NCBI GenBank assembly: GCA_018830295.1
Contig: JAHJSM010000002.1
Span: 115,131 to 179,130 of the forward strand
Length of the DNA: 64,000 nucleotides
From: Patescibacteria group bacterium
GTDB lineage: Bacteria > Patescibacteriota > Minisyncoccia > Portnoybacterales > UBA2143
Reading direction: 5' to 3'
Shown here: positions 9,936 through 21,261 of the stretch, in pieces
Layout: every line of letters starts with the position of its first letter
Numbering within the stretch: the first letter of the stretch is position 1
Program-made: the position numbers and the translations under genes
Notes under the pieces: generated by a model
What the model was told of the DNA's origin: nothing
Databases searched by the model: none
Seen by the model: only the letters and a program-made list of their open reading frames with translations

Positions 9936-10385
9936 TTATTTTTTTTCCGCGACAACAATTGCTTTAATTTTAACTTCCAAATTATGGGGCAATTCAATTG
10001 TAATTTCGTATTCCCCTACTTCTTTAAGTGGCTTCTTTGTCTTAATTTGACTCTTGTCAATTTCAAGCCCTTGTTCTTTTAATTTTTCGGCGATATCAGC
10101 GGCGCCTACCGCTCCAAAAAGTTTGCCTTCATCATCCGCCTTGGAGACGATTTCTAATTCCACCCCGTCTAATTGGCTTGCCACTTCCTGAAAGCGCGCC
10201 AATTCTTCTTCGGCTTTTTGGGCTTTAATTCTGTTTTGCTCCTCTACTTTAGCGACTTCTGATTTGGTGGCTAAAACAGCCATTTTATTTGGAATTAAAA
10301 AATTGCGGGCATAACCATCGGCCACTTCTTTGATCTCGTTTTTCTTGCCTAACTTTTCCACATCTTGTAGTAATATTATTTTCAT
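9936..10385 (-). CDS. rplI: 50S ribosomal protein L9
   Basis: MKIILLQDV..GYARNFLIP and GKLFGAV motifs. Confidence 0.97.
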   Translation of the reverse strand: MKIILLQDVEKLGKKNEIKEVADGYARNFLIPNKMAVLATKSEVAKVEEQNRIKAQKAEEELARFQEVASQLDGVELEIVSKADDEGKLFGAVGAADIAEKLKEQGLEIDKSQIKTKKPLKEVGEYEITIELPHNLEVKIKAIVVAEKK

Positions 10386-10410
10386 ATTTTTGTCATTAGT
10401 ATTTTATCTT

Positions 10411-10686
10411 TTAGTATTCTATCTCAAATTTATCAAATTTGCCAGTGGCCTCTCCCCACCCAACATCTATTTTATCAACCCTCGCCAAGACAGGTCCATT
10501 ATAACACCACTTAACCAATTCTTTCAACCCCTCTTCGTCTCCTTCGGCAAATATTTGAACTGTGTCGTCTGGTTCATTTTTAACCCAGCCCGTCAAACCC
10601 AATTTTTTCGCCTGCCGCCGGACTGAATCGCGAAACATAACCATCTGCACCTGCCCATAAACTTTAATTTTAATTTGTTTGATCAT
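10411..10686 (-). CDS. acyP: Acylphosphatase
   Basis: GQVQMVMFR, GWVKN and GPVLARV motifs; start reassigned to ATG at 10686. Confidence 0.85.
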   Translation of the reverse strand: MIKQIKIKVYGQVQMVMFRDSVRRQAKKLGLTGWVKNEPDDTVQIFAEGDEEGLKELVKWCYNGPVLARVDKIDVGWGEATGKFDKFEIEY

Positions 10687-10694
10687 CTTAACTA

Positions 10695-11900
10695 TTACCT
10701 CAACATCTCCAACGCTTTTTCTAATTGCGGGTCGCGCATTTCTTCCATATCTTCCAGTGTTAGTTCTACTTCCACATCGGGCGCGATGCCTTCTTTGTTG
10801 ATGTTTGTTCCAAGCGGCGTGAGCCATTTGGCGATTGTGATTTTAATGCTAGAACCGCCATCAAGTTTTTCCATTTGCTGAACCGAACCCTTGCCGAAAC
10901 TTTTTTCTCCGACAAGTTTAATTCCTTTAATATCGCGCAAAGCGCCTGCTAAAATTTCTGAAGCGGAAGCGGAACCTTCATTGATTAAAACAATTGTTGG
11001 AAGATTCTCCAAAGCGCCATATCCTCGGCTGCGGTATCTGATGTTTTCTTCCCCATTATCGCCAAAATCCTCAATTACGACTGTTTCTCCTTTTGGCAAA
11101 AACCAACTCGCGATATCAACGGAGACTTCTAAATAACCGCCCGGGTTATTGCGAACATCTAAAACGAGACCTTCGGGATTTAATTTAAGAACTTCTCTAA
11201 TTGTTTTTTCAAACTCGCGCGCTGAATTTTCGGTAAAGTGATAGAGTTGGATATAGGCGATGTCGCCGTCCTTGATCTCCCATTTAATAATGGGGATTTG
11301 AATTACATCTCGGATAATTTTTATTTCCTTCGTTTCGTCCAGCCCGTCCCTGGCGATGAGCAAAACCACTTCTGTTCCTCCTTCTCCTCTGATTAAATTG
11401 ACTGCTTCGTCAAGCGTTAAATCGGAAGTGATTGTTTCGTCCACCTTAAGAATTTTATCTCCCGCCATCAGCCCCGCCTTTTTCGCCGGATTGCCTTCTA
11501 ATGGGGAAATAACCGTCAAAATGCCTTTGCGAATGCCTATCTCCGCGCCAATGCCCTCGAAACTACCTTTAATGTCGTCCATAAACTTCTTGCTTTCTTG
11601 AGGCGGCATGAAGACGGAATATGGGTCGTCTAATGAACCCAAGAGGCCGGAAATCGCCCCATAGACCATATTTTGCTTGTCTAAATCAGAGCGGTCAACA
11701 TATTTTGTTTCAACCACGCGCCAAGCGTCCCAAAACAAATTAAAATCAACACTCATATCCATCGGCTGCCCAATGTCTTTATTCGCCAATCCTTCAATTT
11801 TATTAACCGAAGGAATGCTATCCTGCCCAACCCAAAACCCGCCTCCAAAAACAAGAGCCAAAAGCAAAACCCAAACTGGAATAGAAATATATTTTTTCAT
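10695..11900 (-). CDS. S41 C-terminal processing protease
   Basis: PDZ (GIGAEI), DVRNNPGG, SASASEI and FGKGSVQ motifs. Confidence 0.93.
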   Translation of the reverse strand: MKKYISIPVWVLLLALVFGGGFWVGQDSIPSVNKIEGLANKDIGQPMDMSVDFNLFWDAWRVVETKYVDRSDLDKQNMVYGAISGLLGSLDDPYSVFMPPQESKKFMDDIKGSFEGIGAEIGIRKGILTVISPLEGNPAKKAGLMAGDKILKVDETITSDLTLDEAVNLIRGEGGTEVVLLIARDGLDETKEIKIIRDVIQIPIIKWEIKDGDIAYIQLYHFTENSAREFEKTIREVLKLNPEGLVLDVRNNPGGYLEVSVDIASWFLPKGETVVIEDFGDNGEENIRYRSRGYGALENLPTIVLINEGSASASEILAGALRDIKGIKLVGEKSFGKGSVQQMEKLDGGSSIKITIAKWLTPLGTNINKEGIAPDVEVELTLEDMEEMRDPQLEKALEMLR

Positions 11901-11914
11901 AATTTATCGTTCGG

Positions 11915-12718
11915 CTATCCGATAGCCGAATTGTTGTCTCGCCATTTCCAAAAATATTTGGTGGCGCTGATTAAGTGGAGGCGAGTGTATTTGTTAAAAA
12001 AAATGTCTAAGAGACCACCCCATTTTTTACTGACGCGATAATAATAATGGGACATTTGGGCGGTTGGCAGATAAACGACCTGATATCCGTTTTGCCAAAA
12101 CCGGCGGCACCAGTCGGTATCTTCAAAATACATAAAAAATCTCTCATCCAGCAGGCCGACTTTTTCAAGAGCAACGCGGCTGACCAAGATTGCTGAACCC
12201 TGAACCCAATCAACCATTCTTGGAACGGATAAATTTTCGTTCGCCATTAAGAAACGATTTAATTTTTCTTTCCCCCATTTGAGCCGACCGAAGAATGTTC
12301 GTCTCGCCAAAATCGCTCCAATGCTATGAAATCTAAAACAAGAACTTTGTGGTTGATTGCTAAAAGTCAGCAACCGCGGACCAACCGCGCCGACCTGAGG
12401 ATGGATTTCAATAAATTTAAGCATTTTTGAAACGGAATCTTTCAAAATTAAAATATCGGCGTTAAGGATTAAAATATAATCCCCCTTTGCCGCTTTAATG
12501 CCGGCGTTAACAATTTTAGCATATCCGACATTTTTTAGAAAATGAATTAATTTAACTGAGGGAAATTCTTCTTCAATTAAGTCGCGCGTCTTTTCTTCTG
12601 ATTGGCTATCAACGATAATGACTTCATAATCAAGAGCGCCAATATTTTCCTTAATTGACTTCAAGCAAAGTTTTAACAAAGCCAGCGTTTGGTGGTGTGT
12701 GATAATAATGGAAATCAT
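11915..12718 (-). CDS. Family 2 glycosyltransferase
   Basis: IIVDSQS, LNAD and FFMYFEDTDWC motifs; start reassigned to MISIII. Confidence 0.9.
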   Translation of the reverse strand: MISIIITHHQTLALLKLCLKSIKENIGALDYEVIIVDSQSEEKTRDLIEEEFPSVKLIHFLKNVGYAKIVNAGIKAAKGDYILILNADILILKDSVSKMLKFIEIHPQVGAVGPRLLTFSNQPQSSCFRFHSIGAILARRTFFGRLKWGKEKLNRFLMANENLSVPRMVDWVQGSAILVSRVALEKVGLLDERFFMYFEDTDWCRRFWQNGYQVVYLPTAQMSHYYYRVSKKWGGLLDIFFNKYTRLHLISATKYFWKWRDNNSAIG

Positions 12719-12719
12719 A

Positions 12720-13739
12720 TTAATCGTTAAAAATATTTTGGCAAACTTCTTTGATTCTATCAAAATTATCTCCGATTGGCAAAAGGACATATTCTTCTTC
12801 AATAAATGTTTGATAAAGCAGTCCATTCGGGCTGATGTCAATTACTTCTTTTTTAATATTATCTAAGTCCAAACCCGCCGCTAAACCGATTGTTTGTTTA
12901 ATGGCGGATAAGTTCATATCTGTTTTAACATTATTGCCAAGAACATCCATTAGATTATAGACCTTGACGGGGTTTGCTAAAACGCCCAGAGTAAGGGCTT
13001 TTTCTTTAATCGCCAAAATTATTTGCTGTTGGCGGCGCATTCGGTCAAAGTCATTCGTTGAATAGCGGGAACGGGCGTAATAAAGAGCCGTTTGGCTGTC
13101 CAATTCGCTTTCGCCTTCGGGCACATAAAAAACCCACTTTTCTTCGCCGTCAATTTCTTTAATAAACCAATGCTTGTCTTCTTCCCAACCCTCTTTCGCC
13201 CACTGGAAACTTTCTTCAAACGGCGTCTCTCTGTAAATCGTAATTCCGCCCAAGGCTTCAACTGTTTCTTGAAGCGCTCTAAAATCAACGCTTATGGCGT
13301 AGTCAACAAAAAGACCCGTCACTAAAGAGACAGTTTTTTTAGCGCAATCCAGCCCGCCGTAAGCATAGGCGAAGTTGATTTTTTTTGTTTCAGGAACGCA
13401 CCAAATTCTAACATAAAGGTCGCGCGGCAATGAAATCAAAGCCGTCTTGCCAGTATCCTTTTCAATGCTCGCCAAAATAATCGTATCAGAAAGAAATCTG
13501 CCATCGTTATCATTATCTTCCGCTCCTCTCATTCCTAAAAGCAAAATATTAAGACGATTCGGGTCATCTTCCGGTAATTGAGGTAAGTCAGCCGAAGAAG
13601 GCAAAACAGCTCCCGTCCAATCAATCACTTGGCTCACGGTAAATCCCGCTTTAAAAAAGAAAAGCGCCAAAAACCCCGCCAAAACAAAAAGAGGACCAAC
13701 AATCCAAATTAATTTTTTCTTCTTCTCCTGAATTTCCAT
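12720..13739 (-). CDS. LytR-CpsA-Psr (LCP) family protein
   Basis: SDTIILA, SLPRDL, KINFAY and YARSR..DFDRMRRQQ motifs. Confidence 0.92.
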   Translation of the reverse strand: MEIQEKKKKLIWIVGPLFVLAGFLALFFFKAGFTVSQVIDWTGAVLPSSADLPQLPEDDPNRLNILLLGMRGAEDNDNDGRFLSDTIILASIEKDTGKTALISLPRDLYVRIWCVPETKKINFAYAYGGLDCAKKTVSLVTGLFVDYAISVDFRALQETVEALGGITIYRETPFEESFQWAKEGWEEDKHWFIKEIDGEEKWVFYVPEGESELDSQTALYYARSRYSTNDFDRMRRQQQIILAIKEKALTLGVLANPVKVYNLMDVLGNNVKTDMNLSAIKQTIGLAAGLDLDNIKKEVIDISPNGLLYQTFIEEEYVLLPIGDNFDRIKEVCQNIFND

Positions 13740-13776
13740 AATTTAATTAATACCAACACCAGAGACAGTTAACACC

Positions 13777-13811
13777 GGGGACAGTCCCCATTCAGAATGG
13801 GGACTGTCCCC
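13777..13811. repeat. REP-like palindrome doublet
   Basis: GGGGACAGTCCCC-ATTCAGAAT-GGGGACTGTCCCC. Confidence 0.8.
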
Positions 13812-13831
13812 TAATTTTGTCCCCTAATTTC

Positions 13832-14836
13832 TCATTCAAACCACTTCTCCATTTCCTTCGCGCTTGTTTTTTTCTTCTTCATAATAATTTTTCTTTTTCG
13901 CCAGGCGTTGGGGGTTAGTTTAAATAGTTCTTTCATCGCTTTCCATGTATATTTTTCAAAAAGCAGGACATAGACCCAGGAAATAATTTCTTTTGGCAAA
14001 AACCAGGGCAGATGTTTAATGAGCAATAACGGCTGTTCGTTTTTTAATTGCATTAATCGTTGATTTTTAAAAGCGTGGAATTTGCCAAACTTGTTGATTT
14101 TCAGCCGTTCTCTCACGATTGATAAATAACCTTTCGCCGCGCTATCGCCCGCTGTTCGCGCGTGCCAAGCGACTGACTTGGGCTGATAAATTGCTTTCCA
14201 TCCGCGCAATCGCAGCCGCCAGGCGAGATCAACATCCTCTTTATAACAAAAAAAATCTTCGTCAAAATATTCTTCTTTGATTTTAACATCCTCCAGCGCC
14301 TCTCTTCTGTAAACAGGCGCCGCTCCGTCCGCGCCGAATATTTCTTCACGATTCTCAAATTGCCCCTGGTCAATCTGTCCTTGTTCTCTGTTAATAATTC
14401 GCCTGTTTTTAAAAATGACCAAACCAGTCGTATCAATAATAGTCGACAGACCTAAATTCCAGCGCAAAAGTTTTCCCTGAACGGACGCTATTTTGCGGTC
14501 TTTCTTAAAAATTTCCACAGCCTCTCGAACGAATCCGTTCTCTAAAATAACATCTTGGTTGAGGCATAAAACAAATTCTCCTCCGCTCTTTCTTATACCT
14601 TGATTATGTCCAGCCGCGAAACCAACATTTTTTTTATTAAAAACAATTTTGAGGTTTTGCCTTTTTGGTAATTTCTTTAAATATTCAACCGTTCCGTCCG
14701 TTGAAGCGTTATCAATAATCAAAATTTCCAGTTCCGGGTAGGCCTGGCTAAAAACAGAATTCAAACAACTCTTAATATATTTTTCAGCGTTGTAAGTTAG
14801 AAGATTGATTGAGACCACCGGAAGATTTTTTTGCAT
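13832..14836 (-). CDS. Family 2 glycosyltransferase
   Basis: IDNASTDGT, GFAAGHNQG, LNQD and YKEDVDL motifs; start uncertain. Confidence 0.9.
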   Translation of the reverse strand: MQKNLPVVSINLLTYNAEKYIKSCLNSVFSQAYPELEILIIDNASTDGTVEYLKKLPKRQNLKIVFNKKNVGFAAGHNQGIRKSGGEFVLCLNQDVILENGFVREAVEIFKKDRKIASVQGKLLRWNLGLSTIIDTTGLVIFKNRRIINREQGQIDQGQFENREEIFGADGAAPVYRREALEDVKIKEEYFDEDFFCYKEDVDLAWRLRLRGWKAIYQPKSVAWHARTAGDSAAKGYLSIVRERLKINKFGKFHAFKNQRLMQLKNEQPLLLIKHLPWFLPKEIISWVYVLLFEKYTWKAMKELFKLTPNAWRKRKIIMKKKKTSAKEMEKWFE

Positions 14837-16418
14837 AAGCCGCGTATAAAAGACCAAGATTAGCCATAAAAAACAAAAGGACTTTATCGTTAAGGAGAAC
14901 TACATCAAATAAACTATATCCTAAAACCCAGATCAGAGCAAGAAAGAAAAAACTTGCCCAAGATTGCAAATAAGCGTCTTTTATTTCTTTTTTGTCCTGA
15001 AAAATGAGCCACAATTTTTTAATTATCTGCCAAAAAATCGCCAGTAAAACAAGAAGAGCAAAAATTCCCATTTCCGCAGCGACATCAAGATAAAGATTAT
15101 GCGCCGAGGCTCCTCTTTTAACCGACGACATCTCTTCGTTAAGGACTAAGGGATAGTTCCCTATTCCCACCCCTAAAACAGGGCGCGCCGCGATTGAATC
15201 AATCGTTCTTTGCCAAATTTCTAAACGACCTCTAACTGATGTTTCCGCGAAATCAGCGATACTCCTCGCTCTTTCAAAAAAAGAAATTGTTTCCATTTTT
15301 GGCGCCATTCCCGTTCGCGTTCTTTCAGAAAGCAAAAGGATGCCTGAAGCAATCGGAAACAAAAGAAAAAAGATAATCAAACACCCAAAAATAAGTTGTA
15401 TCTTTTTTTTCCAATTTCCAATAATTTTAGGAATAAAGAAATCCGTTTTTGAACGAATTGTTGGTGAATAAAAAAGCAGAATGCTAAATAAAAAAATCAG
15501 AAGCGCGCCTAAAGCGCTCACCCAGGCGCCTCTTGAGCCAGAAAAAATAATAGCCATTAAACATACGATTAAAAGAAAATAACCGAGATATAATTTTTTT
15601 TTAGCGTGTTTCGTGAAAATCATTGCTAATAAAAAAGGTAAAGAAAGAACGCAAAAAAGAGCGAAAGAATGAGAGTCGGGAAAGATAGAAAACATTCGCA
15701 AGGTTGGCGACTGGTAAGCGTAATAAGAAAACCATGTATTGCTGTAAGACAAAAGTTCGCTTAAATTTTGTCCGTAAAAAACGGAAATAACCTGCCTGTC
15801 CCAAAAATGCCAAAATGAATGCAGGGGAATAAAAAAAACAACGATTAATTGGGTAAAACCGATGGCCAGAGTCAAGCCAACTGCGACCTTGAGCGCGCTT
15901 AATATTTCGGAAACAGCTTCTTTGTTTTTATTAATCAAATTGCGAATAATTAAAAACAAAAGAAAAACATTAATTAGAAAAATAAATTTTTTGGCGCCGA
16001 TCCAAAGATCATCCGCGACAAAAAGAGAGAGAGCGCCAATGATTAAAAAGACGCCCACTAAATATTCAATCAAACCATGCTTTAGATTCTCTTTTAGACG
16101 CCACTTTCCTAAACTGTTTTTAACCAAATTAATTGATACGCCTTGTCTAAAAAACAAAACAAGAAATAAAACAACTAACAAAATCCGCCAGTTTGCCATA
16201 TAATCAAAATTTTCGGTTAATGGCAAGGCGACAAACAAAGGGATAGAAGCGATAAAAACCCAAAAAGAATCCTTTAAGGGAGCGAAAATGAAATAAAAAA
16301 TCATCAAGCCGGTCAAAAACAAACTTGCTTCTCGAGGGACGACGCCAAATACCATTAAAAAAATAACCGCCAATTCGGCTAAAAGAATAGTTATGTTTTT
16401 TGCCTTTGATGAATTCAT
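14784..16418 (-). CDS. O-antigen ligase / Wzy-like membrane protein
   Basis: Many TM segments; SGSRGAW, GRLEIW, GVGIGN and AHNLYL motifs. Confidence 0.85.
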   Translation of the reverse strand: MNSSKAKNITILLAELAVIFLMVFGVVPREASLFLTGLMIFYFIFAPLKDSFWVFIASIPLFVALPLTENFDYMANWRILLVVLFLVLFFRQGVSINLVKNSLGKWRLKENLKHGLIEYLVGVFLIIGALSLFVADDLWIGAKKFIFLINVFLLFLIIRNLINKNKEAVSEILSALKVAVGLTLAIGFTQLIVVFFIPLHSFWHFWDRQVISVFYGQNLSELLSYSNTWFSYYAYQSPTLRMFSIFPDSHSFALFCVLSLPFLLAMIFTKHAKKKLYLGYFLLIVCLMAIIFSGSRGAWVSALGALLIFLFSILLFYSPTIRSKTDFFIPKIIGNWKKKIQLIFGCLIIFFLLFPIASGILLLSERTRTGMAPKMETISFFERARSIADFAETSVRGRLEIWQRTIDSIAARPVLGVGIGNYPLVLNEEMSSVKRGASAHNLYLDVAAEMGIFALLVLLAIFWQIIKKLWLIFQDKKEIKDAYLQSWASFFFLALIWVLGYSLFDVVLLNDKVLLFFMANLGLLYAAYAKKSSGGLNQSSNLQR

Positions 16419-16424
16419 GTAAGT

Positions 16425-17564
16425 TTAGTATCCCTTCAACTTAACCGCGTTTTCGTGTTGGCGAATTCTTTCTAACGCTTTCGCTTCTATTTGCCTGATT
16501 CGCTCTCTTGTCACGCCAAATTCATGTCCGACTTCTTCTAATGTGTGGGTAATATTATCTTTTAGCCCAAAACGCATTTCTAAAATTTTCTGTTCTCGCA
16601 AAGACAAGTCAACTAAAATTTCTTTTAATCGTTTTTTAAGCATTTTTCTCGCCGCGACTTTGGCGGGAGAAATTGTTTTTTTATCTTCAACAAACGCCCC
16701 CAAATTACTGTCTTCTTCGTCGTCGCCTACGGGCGCTTCTAAAGAAATTGTCTCTTGGGAAATTTTCATAATTTGCCTAACTTTTTCGATGGTCTCTTCC
16801 ATTTCAACGGCGACTTCGTCAGGCAGGGGTTCTCTCCCTAAATCTTGAAGAAGTCGTCTTCTGATTTGAGTATATTTGCTAATCGTCTCAACCATATGAA
16901 CTGGAATTCTAATTGTTCGCGATTGGTCGGCAAGCGCGCGCGTCACCGCTTGGCGAATCCACCAGGTGGCGTAAGTGGAAAACTTATACCCCTTATGATA
17001 ATCAAATTTTTCAACTGCCTTAAAAAGACCAATATTGCCCTCTTGGATTAAATCAAGCAAACTTAAACTTCGGCTTCGTCCAGCGTATCTTTTGGCGATA
17101 CTCACGACCAGTCGCAAATTCGCTTGAGTTAAGTTTTGTCTTGATTCTTCATCTCCTCGTTCAATCCCTTTAGCGAGTTTGACTTCTTCTTGCGCGGTCA
17201 ACAGCGGAATCCGCCCAATTTCTCGCAAATACATTTGAACATTGTCAAACGATTCCATCCGAAGAGGGATTTTATCTTTGTCCACCTTTTTGACTTCATT
17301 GGACGCGTCCAAAAAATCAACTGATTCAACGACTTTTATACTTACATCCTTCAAGCGATCATAAACCCTTTCCAGTCCATCAATATCGTCCTCTACTTTG
17401 GGGATTATTCGCAACAATTCAGAGTTTGTGACAAACCCCTTTTCCTTGCCTTTCTGAATTAATTCTTCAATTTGCTTTTCGGTGATGAGCTCTTTTTTCG
17501 CCCGAGGTTTTCTTGGTTTTTTTCTAATAGCTTTTTTTTGAGCTGTCTTTTTTGTTTTGGTCAT
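16425..17564 (-). CDS. rpoD: Primary sigma70 factor
   Basis: [22 protein letters not shown] and [10 protein letters not shown]; region 1.1 present; follows dnaG. Confidence 0.95.
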   Translation of the reverse strand: MTKTKKTAQKKAIRKKPRKPRAKKELITEKQIEELIQKGKEKGFVTNSELLRIIPKVEDDIDGLERVYDRLKDVSIKVVESVDFLDASNEVKKVDKDKIPLRMESFDNVQMYLREIGRIPLLTAQEEVKLAKGIERGDEESRQNLTQANLRLVVSIAKRYAGRSRSLSLLDLIQEGNIGLFKAVEKFDYHKGYKFSTYATWWIRQAVTRALADQSRTIRIPVHMVETISKYTQIRRRLLQDLGREPLPDEVAVEMEETIEKVRQIMKISQETISLEAPVGDDEEDSNLGAFVEDKKTISPAKVAARKMLKKRLKEILVDLSLREQKILEMRFGLKDNITHTLEEVGHEFGVTRERIRQIEAKALERIRQHENAVKLKGY

Positions 17565-19300
17565 TGTATTTTATTAAATTTTTCAGTTAATTGTTTTAAT
17601 AATGACTGGTCTCCCCTATTCTCCGCTTCTTTAATATCCAGCGATAACTTATTTCTTTTTTTCCTTAAATATCGATCTTTTAATTGATCAAAACAAAACT
17701 CCATTTCTTTCTCTGGATTAAAGTCCTCCCGCATATCTTTTCGCGCTTCTATCATAAAAGTTAAATAATTTGTTTTTTCAAACAAATCCAGCGGCAAATT
17801 GTTTTTAAGATTTTTTAAGTCCTTTTTCCAACCAGCGTCTGTTTTTAGCGCTTCAAATATTTGTTTCAACTCCAAACGCGCGAATAAACCGTTCGCTTCG
17901 TCTTTGTACTTTTCAAAATGTTCGGGGTGAGACAAAACAAGGCCGATTGTGTATTCTTCAGAATCAAATAATGTCGGGTTCAGGTTGGTTTCTTCTTGAG
18001 AAAACTTTTTTTCTGTTTTAACCTTATCCATTTCTTCAATTAAAGCCGCTTCTTGAATTTTCAACCGCGCCGCCAATTCCTGAAGCCAATGCGCCTGTTC
18101 AACTTTATTAGAAATCTTTTTGAGAACCGGCAAAATAATTCCGCTAATTTCTTTTTTACCGTTCACTGTTTCTTTGTCGTTTTTTGAAAAAGCGCCGTCA
18201 AAATAAAACGCGACCAATTCCTCCGCTTCGCCAATCGCTTTTTCCCAGACATGAGCGTCTTTTCTGATGCAATCCGCTGGGTCTTGATTATCGGGCAAAA
18301 CAATGACTTTGGCGTTAAAACCAAATTGAAGAGCCAAGTCAACTCCTCTTTTTGTCGCCATCTCTCCAGCTGTGTCCATATCAAAAGCCGTTGTTAAATT
18401 TTCTGTATATCGCTTAATAATTCTCAATTGTTGTTCCGTGAGGGCGGTTCCAGAACTAGCGACCGCGTTCTTAACTCCCGCTTGATGCGACATAATTACA
18501 TCTGTTTGTCCTTCCACTAAAATACAAACATCTTTTTGCCGAATGTCAACTTTCGCCTTGTCTAATCCATATAAAATACAACTCTTATCGTAAATAAGCG
18601 TATTGGGAGTATTAATATATTTTCCCATGCGCGCGTCAGGATTTTTAGGATTTTCTCGCCCCGTAAATCCGACAACCGCACCATTAAGATCGTTAATAGG
18701 GAAAATAATTCTATCGCGAAAACGATCGTAATAATTTTTACCTTGGACGGCTAAGCCAGTTTTCAAAATACTATCATCAGCGTAGCCGCGACCGCTTAAA
18801 AAATCAAAGAGTGATTGCCAGCCCCTGGGCGCGTATCCGATTTGCCATTCTTTAATTGTGTCTAAATGGAGACCTCTCTCAACAAGATAATCCCTCATTT
18901 CCTTTCCTGTCTTGCTTTCTTCCAACTGCTTCACAAAAAAACGGTTGGCTAAATCGCAAATTTCATAAAGGAGTGTCTTTTCAGTTCTAAATTTTTCGGC
19001 AAATTTGGTATCTGTTTTTTTTAATTCCACTCCCGCTTTTTGAGCTAAAGTCCGCAAAGCGTCGCCAAATTCCAACCCCTCCATCTCCATGACAAAATCA
19101 AAAATACTCCCCCCTTTGCCGCATCCGAAACAGTGCCACATCTGCTTTTCGGGAGAAACCATAAAAGAAGGCGTTTTCTCCGCGTGAAAAGGGCAATTCG
19201 CGCGATAATTCCGCCCCGTCTTCTGCAGGCGGATATATCCCTGAATCACATCCACAATATCCAATCGGTTTTTAATTTCATCTATTGGAGAATCAATCAT
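17561..19300 (-). CDS. dnaG: DNA primase
   Basis: CPFH..CFGC zinc finger, KYINTP and TOPRIM (VEG..D, FDMDTAG). Confidence 0.96.
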   Translation of the reverse strand: MIDSPIDEIKNRLDIVDVIQGYIRLQKTGRNYRANCPFHAEKTPSFMVSPEKQMWHCFGCGKGGSIFDFVMEMEGLEFGDALRTLAQKAGVELKKTDTKFAEKFRTEKTLLYEICDLANRFFVKQLEESKTGKEMRDYLVERGLHLDTIKEWQIGYAPRGWQSLFDFLSGRGYADDSILKTGLAVQGKNYYDRFRDRIIFPINDLNGAVVGFTGRENPKNPDARMGKYINTPNTLIYDKSCILYGLDKAKVDIRQKDVCILVEGQTDVIMSHQAGVKNAVASSGTALTEQQLRIIKRYTENLTTAFDMDTAGEMATKRGVDLALQFGFNAKVIVLPDNQDPADCIRKDAHVWEKAIGEAEELVAFYFDGAFSKNDKETVNGKKEISGIILPVLKKISNKVEQAHWLQELAARLKIQEAALIEEMDKVKTEKKFSQEETNLNPTLFDSEEYTIGLVLSHPEHFEKYKDEANGLFARLELKQIFEALKTDAGWKKDLKNLKNNLPLDLFEKTNYLTFMIEARKDMREDFNPEKEMEFCFDQLKDRYLRKKRNKLSLDIKEAENRGDQSLLKQLTEKFNKIQ

Positions 19301-19303
19301 AGG

Positions 19304-19999
19304 TTATTTTTTCAAATAAAACTTTCTTTTCTTCTCCTCAAACTTTTCAATCGCGTATCGCAGCATTGTTCTCGGCATTTTTCTGTAATGTTTTTTTAAA
19401 AACCGTTCTTCTGTTTTTTGGTCCCTGTTTCCAACTTCCCTCAACATCCAACCAACCGCTTTGTGAATTAAATCATGCTTATCCTCCAAAAGCGCTTCCG
19501 AAATTTTGAGCGTGTCTTCAAAGTCGTTGTTTTTAATAAAATGGTAAGTAGATAAAATAGAAATTCTTCTTTTCCACAAATTAGGCGACTTGGCTAATTT
19601 ATATAAAATTCTTCTGTTTTTGTTTAGTAAATAGTCCCCTACAATCTGCGGCGCGGACGAATCCACTAAATCCCAGTTATTGACATTCTCTATGTTTTTT
19701 AAGTAAAAGTCAAAAATCTTTTTTTGACCCTTCGCGTCCGATTTTTTGTATTGGAGAATTAAAATATATAAAGCGACTGACCGATGGTCGTGAATCTTGC
19801 TCAAAAGCAATTTCCGCAAATCCCCCATCCCTAAATCAGCGTATTTTTTCGCGCATAATCGTTGTTTCGGCGCGCCAACCCCCAAAAAAACATCGCCCTC
19901 CCCATACTCCCCCTTTCCTGTCTTAAAAAACCTCGCCGAAACCTCCGCCCGTCTTTTATCCCCCGCTTTTCGCAATTCGTTTTTTAATTGATTCAGCAT
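19304..19999 (-). CDS. DNA alkylation repair protein (AlkD-like)
   Basis: NNWDLVD, KAVGWMLRE and PRTMLRYAIE motifs. Confidence 0.88.
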   Translation of the reverse strand: MLNQLKNELRKAGDKRRAEVSARFFKTGKGEYGEGDVFLGVGAPKQRLCAKKYADLGMGDLRKLLLSKIHDHRSVALYILILQYKKSDAKGQKKIFDFYLKNIENVNNWDLVDSSAPQIVGDYLLNKNRRILYKLAKSPNLWKRRISILSTYHFIKNNDFEDTLKISEALLEDKHDLIHKAVGWMLREVGNRDQKTEERFLKKHYRKMPRTMLRYAIEKFEEKKRKFYLKK

Positions 20000-20008
20000 T
20001 TTTTAGAG

Positions 20009-20093
20009 CGGAGAGAGCGGGAGTCGAACCCGCGATACCTTTCGGTATACGCGCTTTCCAAGCGCGCGCAATCGGCCACTATGCGACCTCTCC
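20009..20093 (-). tRNA. tRNA-Ser(GGA), CCA not encoded
   Basis: GGAGAGG acceptor stem, CGCGC-TTGGAAA-GCGCG anticodon arm, long variable arm, GGTTCGACTCC T-arm. Confidence 0.95.
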
Positions 20094-20111
20094 TTATATA
20101 AACAATAGCCG

Positions 20112-20360
20112 TTACAAATGTTCAACCAGTTTCTTTTTTAATTTTTCTAATTCCGAAGAGTCCAAAGGATCGCCTGAAACGCGCTTCAGGCGGCTAATTT
20201 CTTTTTCTAATTCACCCTTCGTCAAGCCGTCCTCTAAAGCTCTTTGGAAAGCGCCTTCGGTGTAGGCTCGCTCAGATTCAGACAATTCAGGAACGCTTCG
20301 CAATATCTTCTTAAATTCGTCCCGATATATTTTTTTACCGTCAGAAAAAAATAATCCCAT
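20112..20360 (-). CDS. Small hypothetical protein
   Basis: Tightly follows htpX. Confidence 0.6.
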   Translation of the reverse strand: MGLFFSDGKKIYRDEFKKILRSVPELSESERAYTEGAFQRALEDGLTKGELEKEISRLKRVSGDPLDSSELEKLKKKLVEHL

Positions 20361-20364
20361 ATTA

Positions 20365-21258
20365 TTACACCTCCATTCCCCTTAAAATTTTAACTCTTTC
20401 TTCTATCGGGGGGTGGGTCATGAATAGTTTGCTTACTTTTTTGCCTTTGAAGGGATTGGCAATATACATATGAGCAGTTGCTTTGTTGGCTACTTTTAGA
20501 GGGGTCGCGTCTTTGGATATTTTTTCGAGCGCTTTTGCCAGCCCTTCGGGATAGCGCGTCAACAAAGCGCCATTGGCGTCGGCCAAAAATTCTCTTTTTC
20601 GGGAAATGGTCATTTGGATTAAGAGAGCGATGAGCGGCGATAAAATCGCGAGAATAATTCCAACGACCGCCATAATCGCGCCAAGTCGTCCGCCGCCATC
20701 ATTGCTCCTCCGTCTGCCGCCAAAAATACTCCAGCGCAGAAACCAATTAGAAAGTAAAGCGACCAATCCGACCAAAACAACGACAACCGTTTGCAAAAGA
20801 ATGTCCCTATTTCCGATGTGGCTCATTTCATGCGCCAAAACCCCTTCCAATTCTGATTTTTCCAATTTTTCCAAAAGCCCTCTCGTCACAGCGACAACGG
20901 CATGCTCCGGATCGCGTCCCGTCGCGAAAGCGTTCGGCGACGCCTCATCAATAATGTAAATTTTGGGCAAAGGCAATCCCGCCGTAATAGCGAGATTTTC
21001 AACCAAGCGATACAATTCCGGGCTGTCGCTCTTTTTAATTTCCCTCGCTTTGCTGATTTTCAAAACAATTTTGTCCGAATACCAATAAGACGAAAAACTC
21101 ATCGCTGAACTGAAAATAACCGCAGCGACCAAAATAACCGGACTCTCAAACTGATAACTAAAAATCCAGCCGAGCCCGATGATAAAAATCAAAAAAAGCG
21201 AAATCAAAACCCAGGTCTTCCGGATATTGCTGTCTTTTTGAGTGTAAAGAGTAGCCAT
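20365..21258 (-). CDS. htpX: Zinc metalloprotease HtpX
   Basis: PNAFATG, AHEMSH, SRKREFLAD and THPP motifs. Confidence 0.93.
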   Translation of the reverse strand: MATLYTQKDSNIRKTWVLISLFLIFIIGLGWIFSYQFESPVILVAAVIFSSAMSFSSYWYSDKIVLKISKAREIKKSDSPELYRLVENLAITAGLPLPKIYIIDEASPNAFATGRDPEHAVVAVTRGLLEKLEKSELEGVLAHEMSHIGNRDILLQTVVVVLVGLVALLSNWFLRWSIFGGRRRSNDGGGRLGAIMAVVGIILAILSPLIALLIQMTISRKREFLADANGALLTRYPEGLAKALEKISKDATPLKVANKATAHMYIANPFKGKKVSKLFMTHPPIEERVKILRGMEV

Positions 21259-21261
21259 TTA

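Noticed and set aside
10411-10686. Acylphosphatase with VQMVMFR instead of VQGVGFR as a pseudogene
   Set aside because: ORF intact and catalytic Arg and Asn retained
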